From assembly GCA_963716395.1 (NCBI GenBank), contig OY970309.1, positions 1,760,001 to 1,824,000 on the forward strand: 64,000 bases of DNA, written 5' to 3'. The notes beneath the pieces are model-generated. The model was not told the origin of the DNA and did not search any database. It saw nothing but the letters and a program-made list of their open reading frames with translations. The stretch comes from an uncultured Fibrobacteria bacterium. GTDB lineage: Bacteria; Fibrobacterota; Fibrobacteria; UBA11236. A program made the translations under genes and the position numbers. Shown here one piece after another: positions 22,716 to 32,206 of the stretch (position 1 is its first letter; every line of letters starts with the position of its first letter).

Positions 22716-24893
22716 TTAAACCGCGATTTCTCCCATAGCCGCCGGCGTTTCCGCGGCCGGTTCGTCGGGGACTTCGGATTCAGCCGTCTCCTGGCGGGGT
22801 GGAAAAATCGAAGGCGGCTGCAGCAAACCGTCCTGGCCTTCGGCTTTGCGCACCAGCCATTCCTGCACGTTGAAGGCTTTTTCCTCCGGCGCGGATTCGA
22901 GCTGCGCATAGCCGCCGTCGGCGCGCATGGTGTAAACGCAGGCGCGGTCGTTCCAATAGGCCGAAAGAATTTCTTCAAGTCGGGCGCAATTTCCGGGCGC
23001 GCGAATGGGAACCATAACCTCGACGCGCTCGCGCAGGTTGCGCTGCATCCAATCACTGCTGCCGATCAGCATCTCGGGAGTTCCGGCGTTTTCGAAGTGA
23101 TAGATGCGGCTGTGTTCCAGAAAGCGGCCCACCAGGCTTTTCACTTCGATGTGGTCCGACATGCCCTTCACGCCCGGCCGCAAGGCGCAGATACCGCGCA
23201 CCAGCAGGCGAACGGGTACCCCCGCCTGCGAGGCGGAGTATAGCGCTTCAATCAATTCGGCGTCGAGAATGGCGTTGCATTTCACGGTGATCCCGCTGGG
23301 CCGACCCACGCGCGCATGTTCGCGCTCGCGCTCGATGCGGGCCAGTATTCCGGCCAGCAGATTTACCGGACCCACCAGCAGGTTGTGAAAATCGGAACGC
23401 CGTGATTGCGCGCTGAGGAAGTTGAAGACGTCGGAAACGCCTTCGATTAAGACCGGATCGGCGCTGAGCAAACTGAGATCGGTGTAGACCCGGGCGGTGT
23501 CGGGGTTGTAATTGCCCGTGCCCACGTGCGCATAACGGCGGATGCTGCCGTTCTCGCGGCGCAGCACCAACACCAGCTTGCAATGGGTTTTGAGCCCCAC
23601 CAAGCCGTAGAGCACGGTGCCGCCGCGTTCTTCCAGTTGCCGCGCCCATTGGATATTCGAGGCTTCGTCGAAGCGCGCCTTGAGCTCGACTACCACGACC
23701 ACCTCTTTGCCGGCCTCGGCCGCCTCCATCAAGGCGTAGACGATGGGGCTTTCGCGGCTGGTGCGGTACAGGGTCTGTTTGATGGCGAGCACGTCGGGAT
23801 CGCGCGCCGCGGCCTGAATGAAGCGCACCACCGGATCAAAAGATTCGAAGGGGTGGTGCAGCATCACGTCGCCGGCGCGCAAGGTGCCGAAGATTTCCGC
23901 CGGCTCCTGAAAGCGGGGAAGATGCCAGGGCGTGAAAACCGGAAATTTCAAATCGGGCCGCGGCACCATGCCGGGCAAACCGTACACCCGGCTGAGGTTG
24001 ACGGGATGGCCGACGCGGAACACGAGCGACATGCCGATGTCGAAGTTTTTCACCAGCAGTTCGGTCAGGCGCTTGGGCGCGTCGCGATCGATTTCGAGGC
24101 GCACGACGTTGCCGCGGCGGCGATTGTGCACCTCCGCCTCCACCGTGTCGATGAGCAGCGACCCCTCTTCTTCCTCCAAATAAAGGTTGCTGTTGCGGGT
24201 GACGCGAAAACCCGCGTGGGCTAGGATGTCAAAGCCCAGAAACAGGCTGTCGAGATAATGCCGCACGACGTCTTGAATGAAGATGAAACCATAGGCGCGA
24301 TCGCGGGTGGGCAGGGGCACCAGACGCGGCAGACTGCGGGGAATGGCCACCACGCCCACCCGCTCCTGGCGTTTGCGCTCGCCGCGCAAAAGCACCGCCA
24401 GATACAAAGCCTTGTTGGTCACGAAGGGAAAGGGGTGGGCCGGATCGACTTGAATCGGCGTCAGCAGGGGATAGACTTCGCGCCGGAAAAAGCCGTCGAC
24501 GAAGTGGCGTTCGCCTTCGTCGAGATCGGCCATGCCCTTGATGCGAATTTTCTGGGCGCGCATTTGCGGCAGCAGATCTTCTTCCCAGCAGCGGTATTGC
24601 GAGCGCACCAGGCGCTGGCATTGGCGCAGAATGCGGTCGAGTTTTTCGCGCGGCGCCAGCCCGGCGATGCCGTCGCTGGCCGCGCCCGATTCGGCTTTCT
24701 GCAGCAGCAGCGACACGCGAATCTCGAAGAATTCGTCGAGATTGCTGCTGACGATGGCGAGAAAGTGAATGCGCTCCAGCAAAGGGTGGCCGGGGTTCAA
24801 GGCCTGATCCAGAACGCGTTGATTGAACGATAGCCAACTGAGTTCGCGATCGAGGTACGGTTCGCGGCTTTGGGGTTCAAGGGGGGGGGTCAT
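22716..24893 (-). CDS. ppk1: Polyphosphate kinase 1
   Basis: RELSWLSFNQRVL, SNLDEFFEIRV, HHPFESF, ELKARFDE, KTHCK, GTGNYN, GRFLEHSR. Confidence 0.97.
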   Translation of the reverse strand: MTPPLEPQSREPYLDRELSWLSFNQRVLDQALNPGHPLLERIHFLAIVSSNLDEFFEIRVSLLLQKAESGAASDGIAGLAPREKLDRILRQCQRLVRSQYRCWEEDLLPQMRAQKIRIKGMADLDEGERHFVDGFFRREVYPLLTPIQVDPAHPFPFVTNKALYLAVLLRGERKRQERVGVVAIPRSLPRLVPLPTRDRAYGFIFIQDVVRHYLDSLFLGFDILAHAGFRVTRNSNLYLEEEEGSLLIDTVEAEVHNRRRGNVVRLEIDRDAPKRLTELLVKNFDIGMSLVFRVGHPVNLSRVYGLPGMVPRPDLKFPVFTPWHLPRFQEPAEIFGTLRAGDVMLHHPFESFDPVVRFIQAAARDPDVLAIKQTLYRTSRESPIVYALMEAAEAGKEVVVVVELKARFDEASNIQWARQLEERGGTVLYGLVGLKTHCKLVLVLRRENGSIRRYAHVGTGNYNPDTARVYTDLSLLSADPVLIEGVSDVFNFLSAQSRRSDFHNLLVGPVNLLAGILARIEREREHARVGRPSGITVKCNAILDAELIEALYSASQAGVPVRLLVRGICALRPGVKGMSDHIEVKSLVGRFLEHSRIYHFENAGTPEMLIGSSDWMQRNLRERVEVMVPIRAPGNCARLEEILSAYWNDRACVYTMRADGGYAQLESAPEEKAFNVQEWLVRKAEGQDGLLQPPSIFPPRQETAESEVPDEPAAETPAAMGEIAV

Positions 24894-25888
24894 GCTGCGC
24901 CTGCCGGGGAGGGAAGAGGGATATGCAAATGCCCGTTGCGGCTCCAGAAAAAGGCGACGCCGTCGCGCAATCCCGCCTCGCTGGCGGAAATGCGGGTGAT
25001 GCCGAAATGCCGCATGGAGGCCAGGAGGCAGGCCACGGCCGGCATGATGATGCGCGCCCGTTCGGGCGAAAGTTCGAATACGTCCGGCAGCGCCTGGTGC
25101 GAACGGCCGACGGCCATTTCCATCACGTCTTCCAGGCTACCGCGTGTGATCTCGGGAACGGATTTGGTGAATTCGAGGCTGTGCAGGCCGTCGACCATGT
25201 GCCGCACCGCGCGGATGTTTCCCGAACTGCCCACCACCCGGTCGGCGCGCGGCCCACCCGCCGATTTGCGGAATTGGGCGAGGGCTTCCTCCTGCATGCG
25301 TTCGAACGTCTCGCGGCTGAAGGGCTTGCCGTTGACGAACTTCTGCGCCAGGCGGATGGCCCCGAGTTCGTAACTTCGGCCCTCGATGTATTCGAGGCCG
25401 CGGCTCCACGACATTTCGAAACTGCCGCCGCCCAGATCCAGGGATTGCAACACCTCTTGCGGCCCGGCTTTGGCATCTTGCGCCACGCCCATGTGAACGA
25501 GAAAGGATTCTTCGGCCCCGGTAAGCACGCGCACCGGCAACCCGGATTTTTCTTCCAGCCGCTTCAGCGCCGCCTCGCGGTTCTTGGCCGCGCGCATGGC
25601 GGCGGTGGCCACCACGAAGGTGAAGTGCACCTTCTCTCCGTTCCAGGCGTCGTTGAGGCCGCGGAGAAACGCAGCGACGCGATCCAAGGCCGCATCCGGC
25701 AGCGTGCCCTGCTGAAAGGCGTAATCGCCTAAGGCAAGGCGCAGCTTGTCTCGCCCCAACAAGCGTTGGGCACGCTCTTCCACTTCGAACCAAGCCGCCT
25801 TGACGGCGTTACTGCCGATGTCGACCACCCGAATCACCATGCTTCTATGCTCCTCGCCTACCGGGGGCGGTTCATTTTCGCCACGCAT
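24890..25888 (-). CDS. ppx: Ppx/GppA family exopolyphosphatase (start may be ATG 25840)
   Basis: VDIGSN, VATAAMR, LTGAEE, DLGGGSFE, GLRDG; stop overlaps the ppk1 start. Confidence 0.88.
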   Translation of the reverse strand: MRGENEPPPVGEEHRSMVIRVVDIGSNAVKAAWFEVEERAQRLLGRDKLRLALGDYAFQQGTLPDAALDRVAAFLRGLNDAWNGEKVHFTFVVATAAMRAAKNREAALKRLEEKSGLPVRVLTGAEESFLVHMGVAQDAKAGPQEVLQSLDLGGGSFEMSWSRGLEYIEGRSYELGAIRLAQKFVNGKPFSRETFERMQEEALAQFRKSAGGPRADRVVGSSGNIRAVRHMVDGLHSLEFTKSVPEITRGSLEDVMEMAVGRSHQALPDVFELSPERARIIMPAVACLLASMRHFGITRISASEAGLRDGVAFFWSRNGHLHIPLPSPAGAA

Positions 25889-26375
25889 CTACCCAGGCGG
25901 GCGACGCCAAGCCCACCAGCTTTCCGGCGCCGGCGCGGAAGGTCGTCAATTCCACGCACGCCATGGCTCCCTTGCGAAAGGCGATGCCCGGTAGAGGGGA
26001 CCCGCAAAGCAGTAAACCTAAAAACTCTCCCAACTGGGGTTCGTGGCCCACCAGGCACAGCGAGGGGATGGCTTTGGCGGATCGCAACTGCCGCAACAAG
26101 AGCGCCGGCTGGGCGTCGTAGCGCAGGGCCGAAACCAGGCACACGCTGCCGAGTTGCAGGCGCCACGCCTTGGCCAACACGGCCGCACTTTCCCGTGCGC
26201 GCTGCACGGGGCTGTGCCAAATCACGCGCGGGGCCGCGTCGAGGCGGGCCACGGCTTTGGCCATGCGTTTCAATTGGCGCCGGCCCTTGTCGGTGAGGGG
26301 GCGCGCGTCGTCATGGGGATATTTTTTGGGATCGCGGCGTTCGGCTTCACCATGGCGGATTAAAAAAAGCAGCAT
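25872..26375 (-). CDS. sixA: Phosphohistidine phosphatase SixA
   Basis: IRHGEA, RPLT.KG, SPVQRARES, LVGHEP. Confidence 0.9.
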   Translation of the reverse strand: MLLFLIRHGEAERRDPKKYPHDDARPLTDKGRRQLKRMAKAVARLDAAPRVIWHSPVQRARESAAVLAKAWRLQLGSVCLVSALRYDAQPALLLRQLRSAKAIPSLCLVGHEPQLGEFLGLLLCGSPLPGIAFRKGAMACVELTTFRAGAGKLVGLASPAWVDAWRK

Positions 26376-26764
26376 GATTTAATCTGAGGTCTCACTGTCT
26401 AAAGTTCGCAATCGCACGCTTGTTACCGGATTGCGATTCGATTTCCGGACCATTGTGATATGATGTCCCGGAATATGTATCTTTTCTTTATCTTGACATT
26501 GTCTAGAGATCACAGAAAAACATGAAAAAGACGCCGGCCGAATCGCGATCGGGACAAAGCGTATCGGTTTGTAACGGCCGCGAAGCAGCGTCGTTCCGGC
26601 GGTCAAGTTTTCGATTTCGTCACGGAACATGATTTTTGTATGCTACTTCTTGTCGTTGAAACATGTAATTTAAGCGGCAAACGGCGGAGAGCGAATCTCC
26701 GCCTCGGGGGAAAAGGGAAGTACCGGAACGTGGCCGGGGACGAAAGGCCGAAGCAAAGGAAAGT

Positions 26765-27646
26765 ATGAAGAAGAAGAGTAAAACCCATTCACAGCAAAAA
26801 TCCGCCGTGCTTTCCCGTTGGGACGCCCAGTGGAAAGAACAATACGACGTGTTGTCGAAATTCCGGGCGCGCCATGGGCATTGGCCCAAGGTGACCGACG
26901 AGTTTCCGTCGGGCAACCGTCTCGGACAATGGGCCAACCGGCAACGCGACTTGCATGCGCAAGGTCGCTTGCTGACCGAGCGCGAACGCGCCCTGGGCAA
27001 GCTGGGATTTTCCTGGGATAAAACCGACGAGCGCGCTTCGCATTGGAACCAACAGTTCGAATATCTGCTGGCCTTTCGCAAGCGCCATCCGCAGGTGTGG
27101 CCCTATGCCCGCCAGGATTTTCCCAAAGGCAACCGTTTGGGATTGTGGGTGTGGCGGCAGCGCCAGGCCTTTGCGGCGGACCGTCTGCCCAAGCCGCGGC
27201 AGAAAATGCTGGAGAAAATCCGCTTTCCCTTTGAACTGCCCGACAGTTGGGAAGAGCATTTCGCGACGCTCAAGCAATACCGTCAGAAGTTTCCCGAACA
27301 ATGGCCCAAGGCGCGCGAAGAATATCCCAAAGGCAACCGTCTTGGCCTGTGGTGCCATTTGCAACGTTGCGCCTTTAAAACCGGAGCGCTGCTTCCGGAC
27401 CGGGTCTCTAAGCTCGCCAAGATGGGTTTTCAGTGGAGCGTCAAGCAGGTGAGTTGGATGCGCTTCTACGATCAACTCAAGGCGTACAAGCGGAAAAATT
27501 CCAAGCTCTGGCCCGTGCTTGAAGCCTCGGCCCTCGACGATCGGCGCCTCATCGCTTGGTGCAGCACTCAGCGCCACAAACGCAAGATCGGAAAACTGGA
27601 CAAGGACAAGATCGCGCTGCTCGACAAAATCGATTTTAGGTGGTGA
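26765..27646 (+). CDS. Stand-alone helicase-associated (HA) domain repeat protein, four repeats
   Basis: Four units of W...(F/Y)..L..(F/Y)+...LG.W...QR...L...R...L.K(L/I/M).F.W; no helicase motifs. Confidence 0.85.
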   Translation: MKKKSKTHSQQKSAVLSRWDAQWKEQYDVLSKFRARHGHWPKVTDEFPSGNRLGQWANRQRDLHAQGRLLTERERALGKLGFSWDKTDERASHWNQQFEYLLAFRKRHPQVWPYARQDFPKGNRLGLWVWRQRQAFAADRLPKPRQKMLEKIRFPFELPDSWEEHFATLKQYRQKFPEQWPKAREEYPKGNRLGLWCHLQRCAFKTGALLPDRVSKLAKMGFQWSVKQVSWMRFYDQLKAYKRKNSKLWPVLEASALDDRRLIAWCSTQRHKRKIGKLDKDKIALLDKIDFRW

Positions 27647-27753
27647 GCCCGGGAGTGCGCCCCGTATCGGTTGCGAAACCGCGGGGCGCCGAGATTCGGG
27701 CTTGGCATTTTCCGCCGCTTTGGGTGTTTGTTTATTAAGGTCCGGAGGCGGTT

Positions 27754-28797
27754 TTGCAACCCGATTCGGATCCCCAGCCCGAAGCCCGGCCATCGCGGCG
27801 GCGCCGGCGTATGCGGCGTCTGGTCCCGTGGCTGGTTTTTTTGCTCGTCCTGCTTCTGGCCCTGCTCCTGCACCGTTGTCCGTCGCCTCCGCCGCCCATT
27901 CCCCAACCGCCTTTACACACGTCTCCGCCACCGGCGGCGGCTCCGCCGGAAACGAGCTCGGCCAAACTTTTGCCACCGCCCAAACCCGTGGAGAAAAGAA
28001 AGCCACACCCACCGCCTGCGCCGACGCCTCCGGTCGCCGCGGCCGTTTCCAAAAACGACACCCTTCCCTTCGTCTATGCCGATCCCTGGGGCGGGCGGCA
28101 TTTCGACTCGGTGCGCGTCACTTTGCATTGCCGGGAAAACTGCGTCGTGCTGTACTCACTGGAAGACAGCGTGCATTTCCGCTCCTACGATTCGGCGCTG
28201 ACCTTCCGCCGCAATACCACGCTGTGGATGGCGGGCGAAACCTTCGACGGCCGCCAGACCCCGCCGGTGCGGCTGGAATACGTCATTGAAAAAAATCGCG
28301 GCGAATGCCCGTCCCAGACCATGCCCGTAAAGGTGGACCGGCGCACGGTGTGCGTCGACGAATACGAATGGCCCAACCGCGAGGGCGCCTGGCCGCAAAC
28401 CATGGTGAGCCAGGCCCAGGCCGAAGACTCGTGCCAAGCGGCGGGCAAGCGGCTATGCACCCGGGAGGAGTGGCAAGACGCCTGTCAGGGGCCCGATCAG
28501 TCCCGTTACCCCTACGGCACGCCGTATGATGAACGGTACTGCCCTGCGCAGCAGACCGCGCCGGCTCGCTCGGGGCGTTCGCCGGCCTGCCGGTCGTATT
28601 ACGGCATCTACGATCTCACCGGCAACGTGTGGGAGTGGACCGCGACACCCGATTCGGCTGAAGATGATTTCTTCTGGGTGGCCGGCGGCGACTGGGAAAC
28701 GGCCGAGAAAGCGACCTGCAGGCAGGCCAAGTTCAGTTTCTACCCGCAGAACCGCTATCCCAGCGTGGGGTTTCGCTGTTGCGAAGAGCCCAAGTGA
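27754..28797 (+). CDS. Membrane-anchored FGE-sulfatase (SUMF1/PvdO)-domain protein with Pro-rich linker and Fn3-associated-like domain
   Basis: TM helix, poly-Pro linker, ADPWGGRH...YSL, GKRLCTREEWQDAC, YDLTGNVWEW, VGFRCC. Confidence 0.85.
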   Translation: MQPDSDPQPEARPSRRRRRMRRLVPWLVFLLVLLLALLLHRCPSPPPPIPQPPLHTSPPPAAAPPETSSAKLLPPPKPVEKRKPHPPPAPTPPVAAAVSKNDTLPFVYADPWGGRHFDSVRVTLHCRENCVVLYSLEDSVHFRSYDSALTFRRNTTLWMAGETFDGRQTPPVRLEYVIEKNRGECPSQTMPVKVDRRTVCVDEYEWPNREGAWPQTMVSQAQAEDSCQAAGKRLCTREEWQDACQGPDQSRYPYGTPYDERYCPAQQTAPARSGRSPACRSYYGIYDLTGNVWEWTATPDSAEDDFFWVAGGDWETAEKATCRQAKFSFYPQNRYPSVGFRCCEEPK

Positions 28798-28807
28798 AGC
28801 CGCGGAA

Positions 28808-29215
28808 TCAGCTTTTAGGAATCAGAAAAAGCCCCGGAACATGGCGGAAATGTTGGTCGAAGGTTAAGAGCGCGGCCCCCTGGCTCAAAGCGGTGGCGGC
28901 GATCCAGATATCGTTTTGGGGAATGGGTTTACCGGTTTTGCGCAAATGGCCGACCACACGCGCGTAATGCTCGGCGACTTCGGTATCGATCGCCGCCACC
29001 GCCACTCCGGGTTGGTCCAGCAATGCGCGCAACAGATTACGATTCGCGGATTCGCGGTTTCCCTGGGCGAAGCCAAAGTACGCTTCGCCCAACACAACGG
29101 TGGGCACAAAAACCCGTTCGGCCTCTTCCAAAGTTTCCAAGGCCAAAGCCGTGCGGTCCCCCTGGCCTTCCGCCATCAACGCGGAAAGGGCGCAGGTGTC
29201 GAGACAGATCTTCAC
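28808..29215 (-). CDS. vapC: VapC (PIN domain) toxin
   Basis: ICLDT, VVLGE, GKPIPQNDIWIAATA, LTFDQHF; GTG start overlaps the antitoxin stop (GTGA). Confidence 0.92.
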   Translation of the reverse strand: MKICLDTCALSALMAEGQGDRTALALETLEEAERVFVPTVVLGEAYFGFAQGNRESANRNLLRALLDQPGVAVAAIDTEVAEHYARVVGHLRKTGKPIPQNDIWIAATALSQGAALLTFDQHFRHVPGLFLIPKS

Positions 29216-29460
29216 TTCCACGTCTCTTTGTCGATCTTGTCGAAAGTCTTCAAGGCTTGAAGGTATAACTCGGCGTCTCTGCCGCGAATTTTGCCCACCC
29301 AACCGGAAAGGTCCCTTTTCTTTCCGCGGCGTCGCTCTCCGTAAAGAGACTCCTCGACGACCTGGATCACGGCTTTATTCAGACTCAACCTTTTCCCCCG
29401 GGCGATTTCCCGTACCCGTGCATCCAGCTCGGGCGATACATCGCGAATCGTCCATTGCAT
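29212..29460 (-). CDS. Ribbon-helix-helix antitoxin (VapB/FitA-like)
   Basis: MQWTIRDVSPELDARVRE.A...SLNKAVI, KRDLS, FDKIDKETWK; directly upstream of vapC. Confidence 0.85.
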   Translation of the reverse strand: MQWTIRDVSPELDARVREIARGKRLSLNKAVIQVVEESLYGERRRGKKRDLSGWVGKIRGRDAELYLQALKTFDKIDKETWK

Positions 29461-29470
29461 AGAATCTCCA

Positions 29471-29522
29471 TTGCATGCAAATATGCCTGCATTATGGTAG
29501 CATTTATGCCTGCATAGGGCAA
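29471..29522 (-). promoter_or_regulatory. vapBC promoter with putative operator repeats
   Basis: Minus strand TTGCCC-N17-TACCAT with extended TG; 11-bp direct repeat TATGCCTGCAT at 29482 and 29505; palindrome TTGCATGCAA at 29471-29480. Confidence 0.55.
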
Positions 29523-29553
29523 GCATGGTTGCGCCCAAGCCAAAGGCGTATTA

Positions 29554-30435
29554 TTGACCACGATGGCGGCGGAAAAACTCAGGCACAAGAGAGCGCTCCC
29601 GCGTCGCGAAGCCCTGCGGCCGGTCGCCGGCCTGGTGTTTTTGGGCCTGATGCTTTCCGGCGCCGCCGTCATGCTGCGGCAAATCGATGCGGGAAAACCC
29701 AAAGACTGGAATCAAAGCCAACTGCTTTACCTGCCTTCGGGAAAACTGCTCAAGCCTTTGGCGCTGGATTACAATGCGGCCGTGGCCGATATGATTTGGG
29801 TGCGCGGCATGCTGTACTTCTCCGACCAATATTTGCGGGGACTGGGATATGTGTGGATGGGTCATATTTTGGACGTCGTGACCGAATTGAATCCCCACCT
29901 GCTTCCCGCCTACGAATTCGGCGGCACGGTGCTGGTCAAAGACAAAGGGCAGTGGCGGCAAACGCGACAGTTATTGCAGCGGGGCATTGCGGTTTTTCCC
30001 GACAATTGGCGCTTGCGGGTTTATCTGGCCATGGGTGAACTGAGCGTGGACACGAATTATGTGGCGGCGGCCGAAGCCTTGAAACCCGCGGCCTTGCTGC
30101 CGGGCATTCCGAATTACGTGCGCACCTTATCGGCCACGTTGTTCCAAAAAGGCGGCAGAGAACGCATGGCGCTGGCTTTTCTGGTGGATCAATATCTTCA
30201 TTCCCCCGAAGCCATCAATCGTGACGTGTTTCTGAACCGGATTCTGAAAATTTTTCCTGCGATTGAAAATGCAAAACCGGATAAAGAGGAAGTGCGGAAA
30301 ATTCTGGCCTTGGCCCAAGCGGATTCGCGCTCCGAACCCATCGTCTTGAATGTTCTCAGTGATTACCTTCGGGGAGATTTAAGCCCGGGATCGCGGCGCG
30401 TTTTGGAAAGGCTGAACGAAGAGACGGCGCCTTAA
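29554..30435 (+). CDS. Membrane-anchored TPR-like protein, resembling pilin-associated PilG/XapA-type accessory proteins
   Basis: TM helix then VADMIWVRGMLY...LDVVTELNPHLLPAYEFGG...RGIAVFPDNWRL; lies just upstream of the pilin gene. Confidence 0.6.
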   Translation: MTTMAAEKLRHKRALPRREALRPVAGLVFLGLMLSGAAVMLRQIDAGKPKDWNQSQLLYLPSGKLLKPLALDYNAAVADMIWVRGMLYFSDQYLRGLGYVWMGHILDVVTELNPHLLPAYEFGGTVLVKDKGQWRQTRQLLQRGIAVFPDNWRLRVYLAMGELSVDTNYVAAAEALKPAALLPGIPNYVRTLSATLFQKGGRERMALAFLVDQYLHSPEAINRDVFLNRILKIFPAIENAKPDKEEVRKILALAQADSRSEPIVLNVLSDYLRGDLSPGSRRVLERLNEETAP

Positions 30436-30544
30436 TACAAGCAAGCGTCTCATGGGTTGCGTTTTCCTTTTAACCGAGAACCGAGCCGGACCGCTTCTTG
30501 AATCTTGGTTGGCAATTTTCATCTCAATTTATTTTCATCCAATT

Positions 30545-30652
30545 CACGTAGGCGCGAAGGCGGTGTTGGTACACAGCATGATCAAGAAGACTCAGGAGAC
30601 ACCTAAGCCTGATTTAGACTTGGCGTTGAAACGGATGCGAGAATGGTTTTGA
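30545..30652 (+). pseudogene. 3' remnant of a RelE/HigB (Gp49-like) toxin (5' boundary approximate)
   Basis: VLVHSMIKKTQETPKPDLDLALKRMREWF matches the Gp49/RelE C-terminus; the N-terminal two-thirds is not recognisable. Confidence 0.7.
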
Positions 30653-30668
30653 AGGCAAGGAGGTTGAT

Positions 30669-30962
30669 ATGAGAAAGAAACAAAACATCTTCAAAGACTA
30701 CTTGAAAGGCAAACTCAAGAACAAGACGTTCCGGGAAGCCTACGCGCATTACGGGAACGTGCTGGAAATAGGTCTTCGGGTCCGAGATCTCCGGGAGAAG
30801 GCTGGGCTCACCCAAACCCAGCTTGCCCGTCGTCTCAAGGTTTCCCAGCAAGTGATCTCGCGCCTCGAAAGCGGTGAGGTGGATAACCCCACCGTGTCGA
30901 CGCTGGAGCGCATCGCCAAGGCAACGGGAAACAACCTGCGCCTGGAGTTTGAACCCGCCTAA
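30669..30962 (+). CDS. XRE/Cro HTH antitoxin (HigA-like)
   Basis: LREKAGLTQTQLARRLKVSQQVISRLESG.NPTVSTLERIAKA; strong RBS AAGGAGG. Confidence 0.9.
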   Translation: MRKKQNIFKDYLKGKLKNKTFREAYAHYGNVLEIGLRVRDLREKAGLTQTQLARRLKVSQQVISRLESGEVDNPTVSTLERIAKATGNNLRLEFEPA

Positions 30963-31099
30963 AGACTTCTCGCATTCTGCCGACGCTCTTTGCATTCTGC
31001 CACGAGCCGTCGGTTGTGAAGCCATCGGTTCTGGCGAGATTACCGATGTCTTTTTGGATTTATAAGCCGGGTTGGGCCCGTTTTTGATCCCGGGGGTAT

Positions 31100-31114
31100 T
31101 GGTACGGGTCTTGC
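31100..31114 (+). promoter_or_regulatory. Putative sigma54 -24/-12 promoter for the pilin gene
   Basis: TGGTAC-GGGTC-TTGC matches TGGCAC-N5-TTGC with one mismatch, about 85 nt upstream of the pilin ATG. Confidence 0.65.
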
Positions 31115-31199
31115 GCTTGCTTTAAGCCCAGAAAAGCCTTACGATGGAGACCGCTTCGTGGCGCTTTCGCAAAACCTACCACCTCAAAGGAGAAACATC

Positions 31200-31610
31200 A
31201 TGAAATCGCAAAACCAAAAAGGCTTCACCCTCATCGAATTGATGGTGGTGATCGTCATCATCGGTATTTTGGCGGCATTGGCTATTCCCCGCATGATGGG
31301 CGTCTCAGCCAAGGCCAAGGCTTCGGAAGCGCCCACCACCATTTCGAACTGGGAAACGTTGCAAAGTGCCTATATGCAGGAAACGGGTGGAACGGGAACG
31401 CCGGGTAAAATTGGGTTTTTACCGAGTGCCTCCAAATGGTTCAAGTTGGATACCAGTGCCAGCAAAACCCTCAAGGTTGTTGATTCGATTTCGGTTGGAA
31501 ATTGCGTTCCGACCACCGATTTTTGGGAATCCGATTCTGCGGCTAATGGTGCGTTTACGCATACACCGCCCAACACGGCGGGTTGTGCCGCCTACACTCC
31601 CAACTTCTAA
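31200..31610 (+). CDS. pilA: Type IV major pilin
   Basis: Class III signal QKG/FTLIELMVVIVIIGILAALAIP, AKASEA, two C-terminal Cys; RBS AAGGAG. Confidence 0.9.
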   Translation: MKSQNQKGFTLIELMVVIVIIGILAALAIPRMMGVSAKAKASEAPTTISNWETLQSAYMQETGGTGTPGKIGFLPSASKWFKLDTSASKTLKVVDSISVGNCVPTTDFWESDSAANGAFTHTPPNTAGCAAYTPNF

Positions 31611-31634
31611 TTCAACTGTTTCAAATCGGGTGAG

Positions 31635-31666
31635 AAAGAATCCGCCTCCGGCGGATTCTTTTTTTT
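31635..31666 (+). terminator. Intrinsic terminator of the pilin gene (core is TCCGCC-N3-GGCGGA, copy 2)
   Basis: AAAGAATCCGCC-TCC-GGCGGATTCTTT followed by a T-run. Confidence 0.85.
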
Positions 31667-31843
31667 GTACCCACGGCACGGACTACAGCTTTGGGGTGGA
31701 ATTCTACAGAACGCGGATCACAGCAAATCAAGCAAAGCGTAACTGCGAAAAATCACGGTAAGCACTGAGTTCTTCGCCGGGAGCTGCGTCATGATTTTTC
31801 AGCATGTGCAACAGCCGAGCTTGAAGCACCTAAAATTCGCCCC

Positions 31844-31872
31844 TTGACAATATACGCCATCGGCGTATGTTG
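31844..31872 (+). promoter_or_regulatory. sigma70 promoter overlapped by a palindromic operator (higBA)
   Basis: TTGACA at 31844, TATGTT at 31866, palindrome ATACGCC-ATC-GGCGTAT at 31852-31868; ATG follows 6 nt after the -10. Confidence 0.7.
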
Positions 31873-31877
31873 TTTCA

Positions 31878-32206
31878 ATGAATCTGCTCTTTCGGGAGGT
31901 TGGAAGTTTCACCGACATCATTACCGAGCTTTTGACGGATGATGAATATGCGGACTGCAAAAAAATCTCAGGGCCAATCCGGAAAAAGGGGATGTTATCC
32001 AAGGAACCGGCGGGGCCAGAAAAATACGGGCCCGGGCGGGAACCAAAGGAAAAAGCGGCGGGGTGCGGGTGATCTACTACTTCCAGCACGCGGAAACGAT
32101 CTGGATGTTGAGCGCCTACCCCAAAAGCAAAAAGGAAAATATATCGGAGAAAGAGAAGAAGCTGATTCGTCTTATCGTGGAAGAGATCAAGGGGGGAGCG
32201 GTATGA
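31878..32206 (+). pseudogene. HigB/RelE-family toxin with one frameshift near 31955
   Basis: MNLLFREVGSFTDIITELLTDDEYAD continues in another frame as LQKNLRANPEKGDVIQGTGGARKIR...GKSGGVRVIYYF...MLSAYPKSKKENISEKEKK. Confidence 0.82.

Noticed and set aside
26380-26760. Pho box upstream of sixA-ppx-ppk1
   Set aside because: TGTCA-like half-sites are present but not at the 11-bp spacing expected for PhoB.
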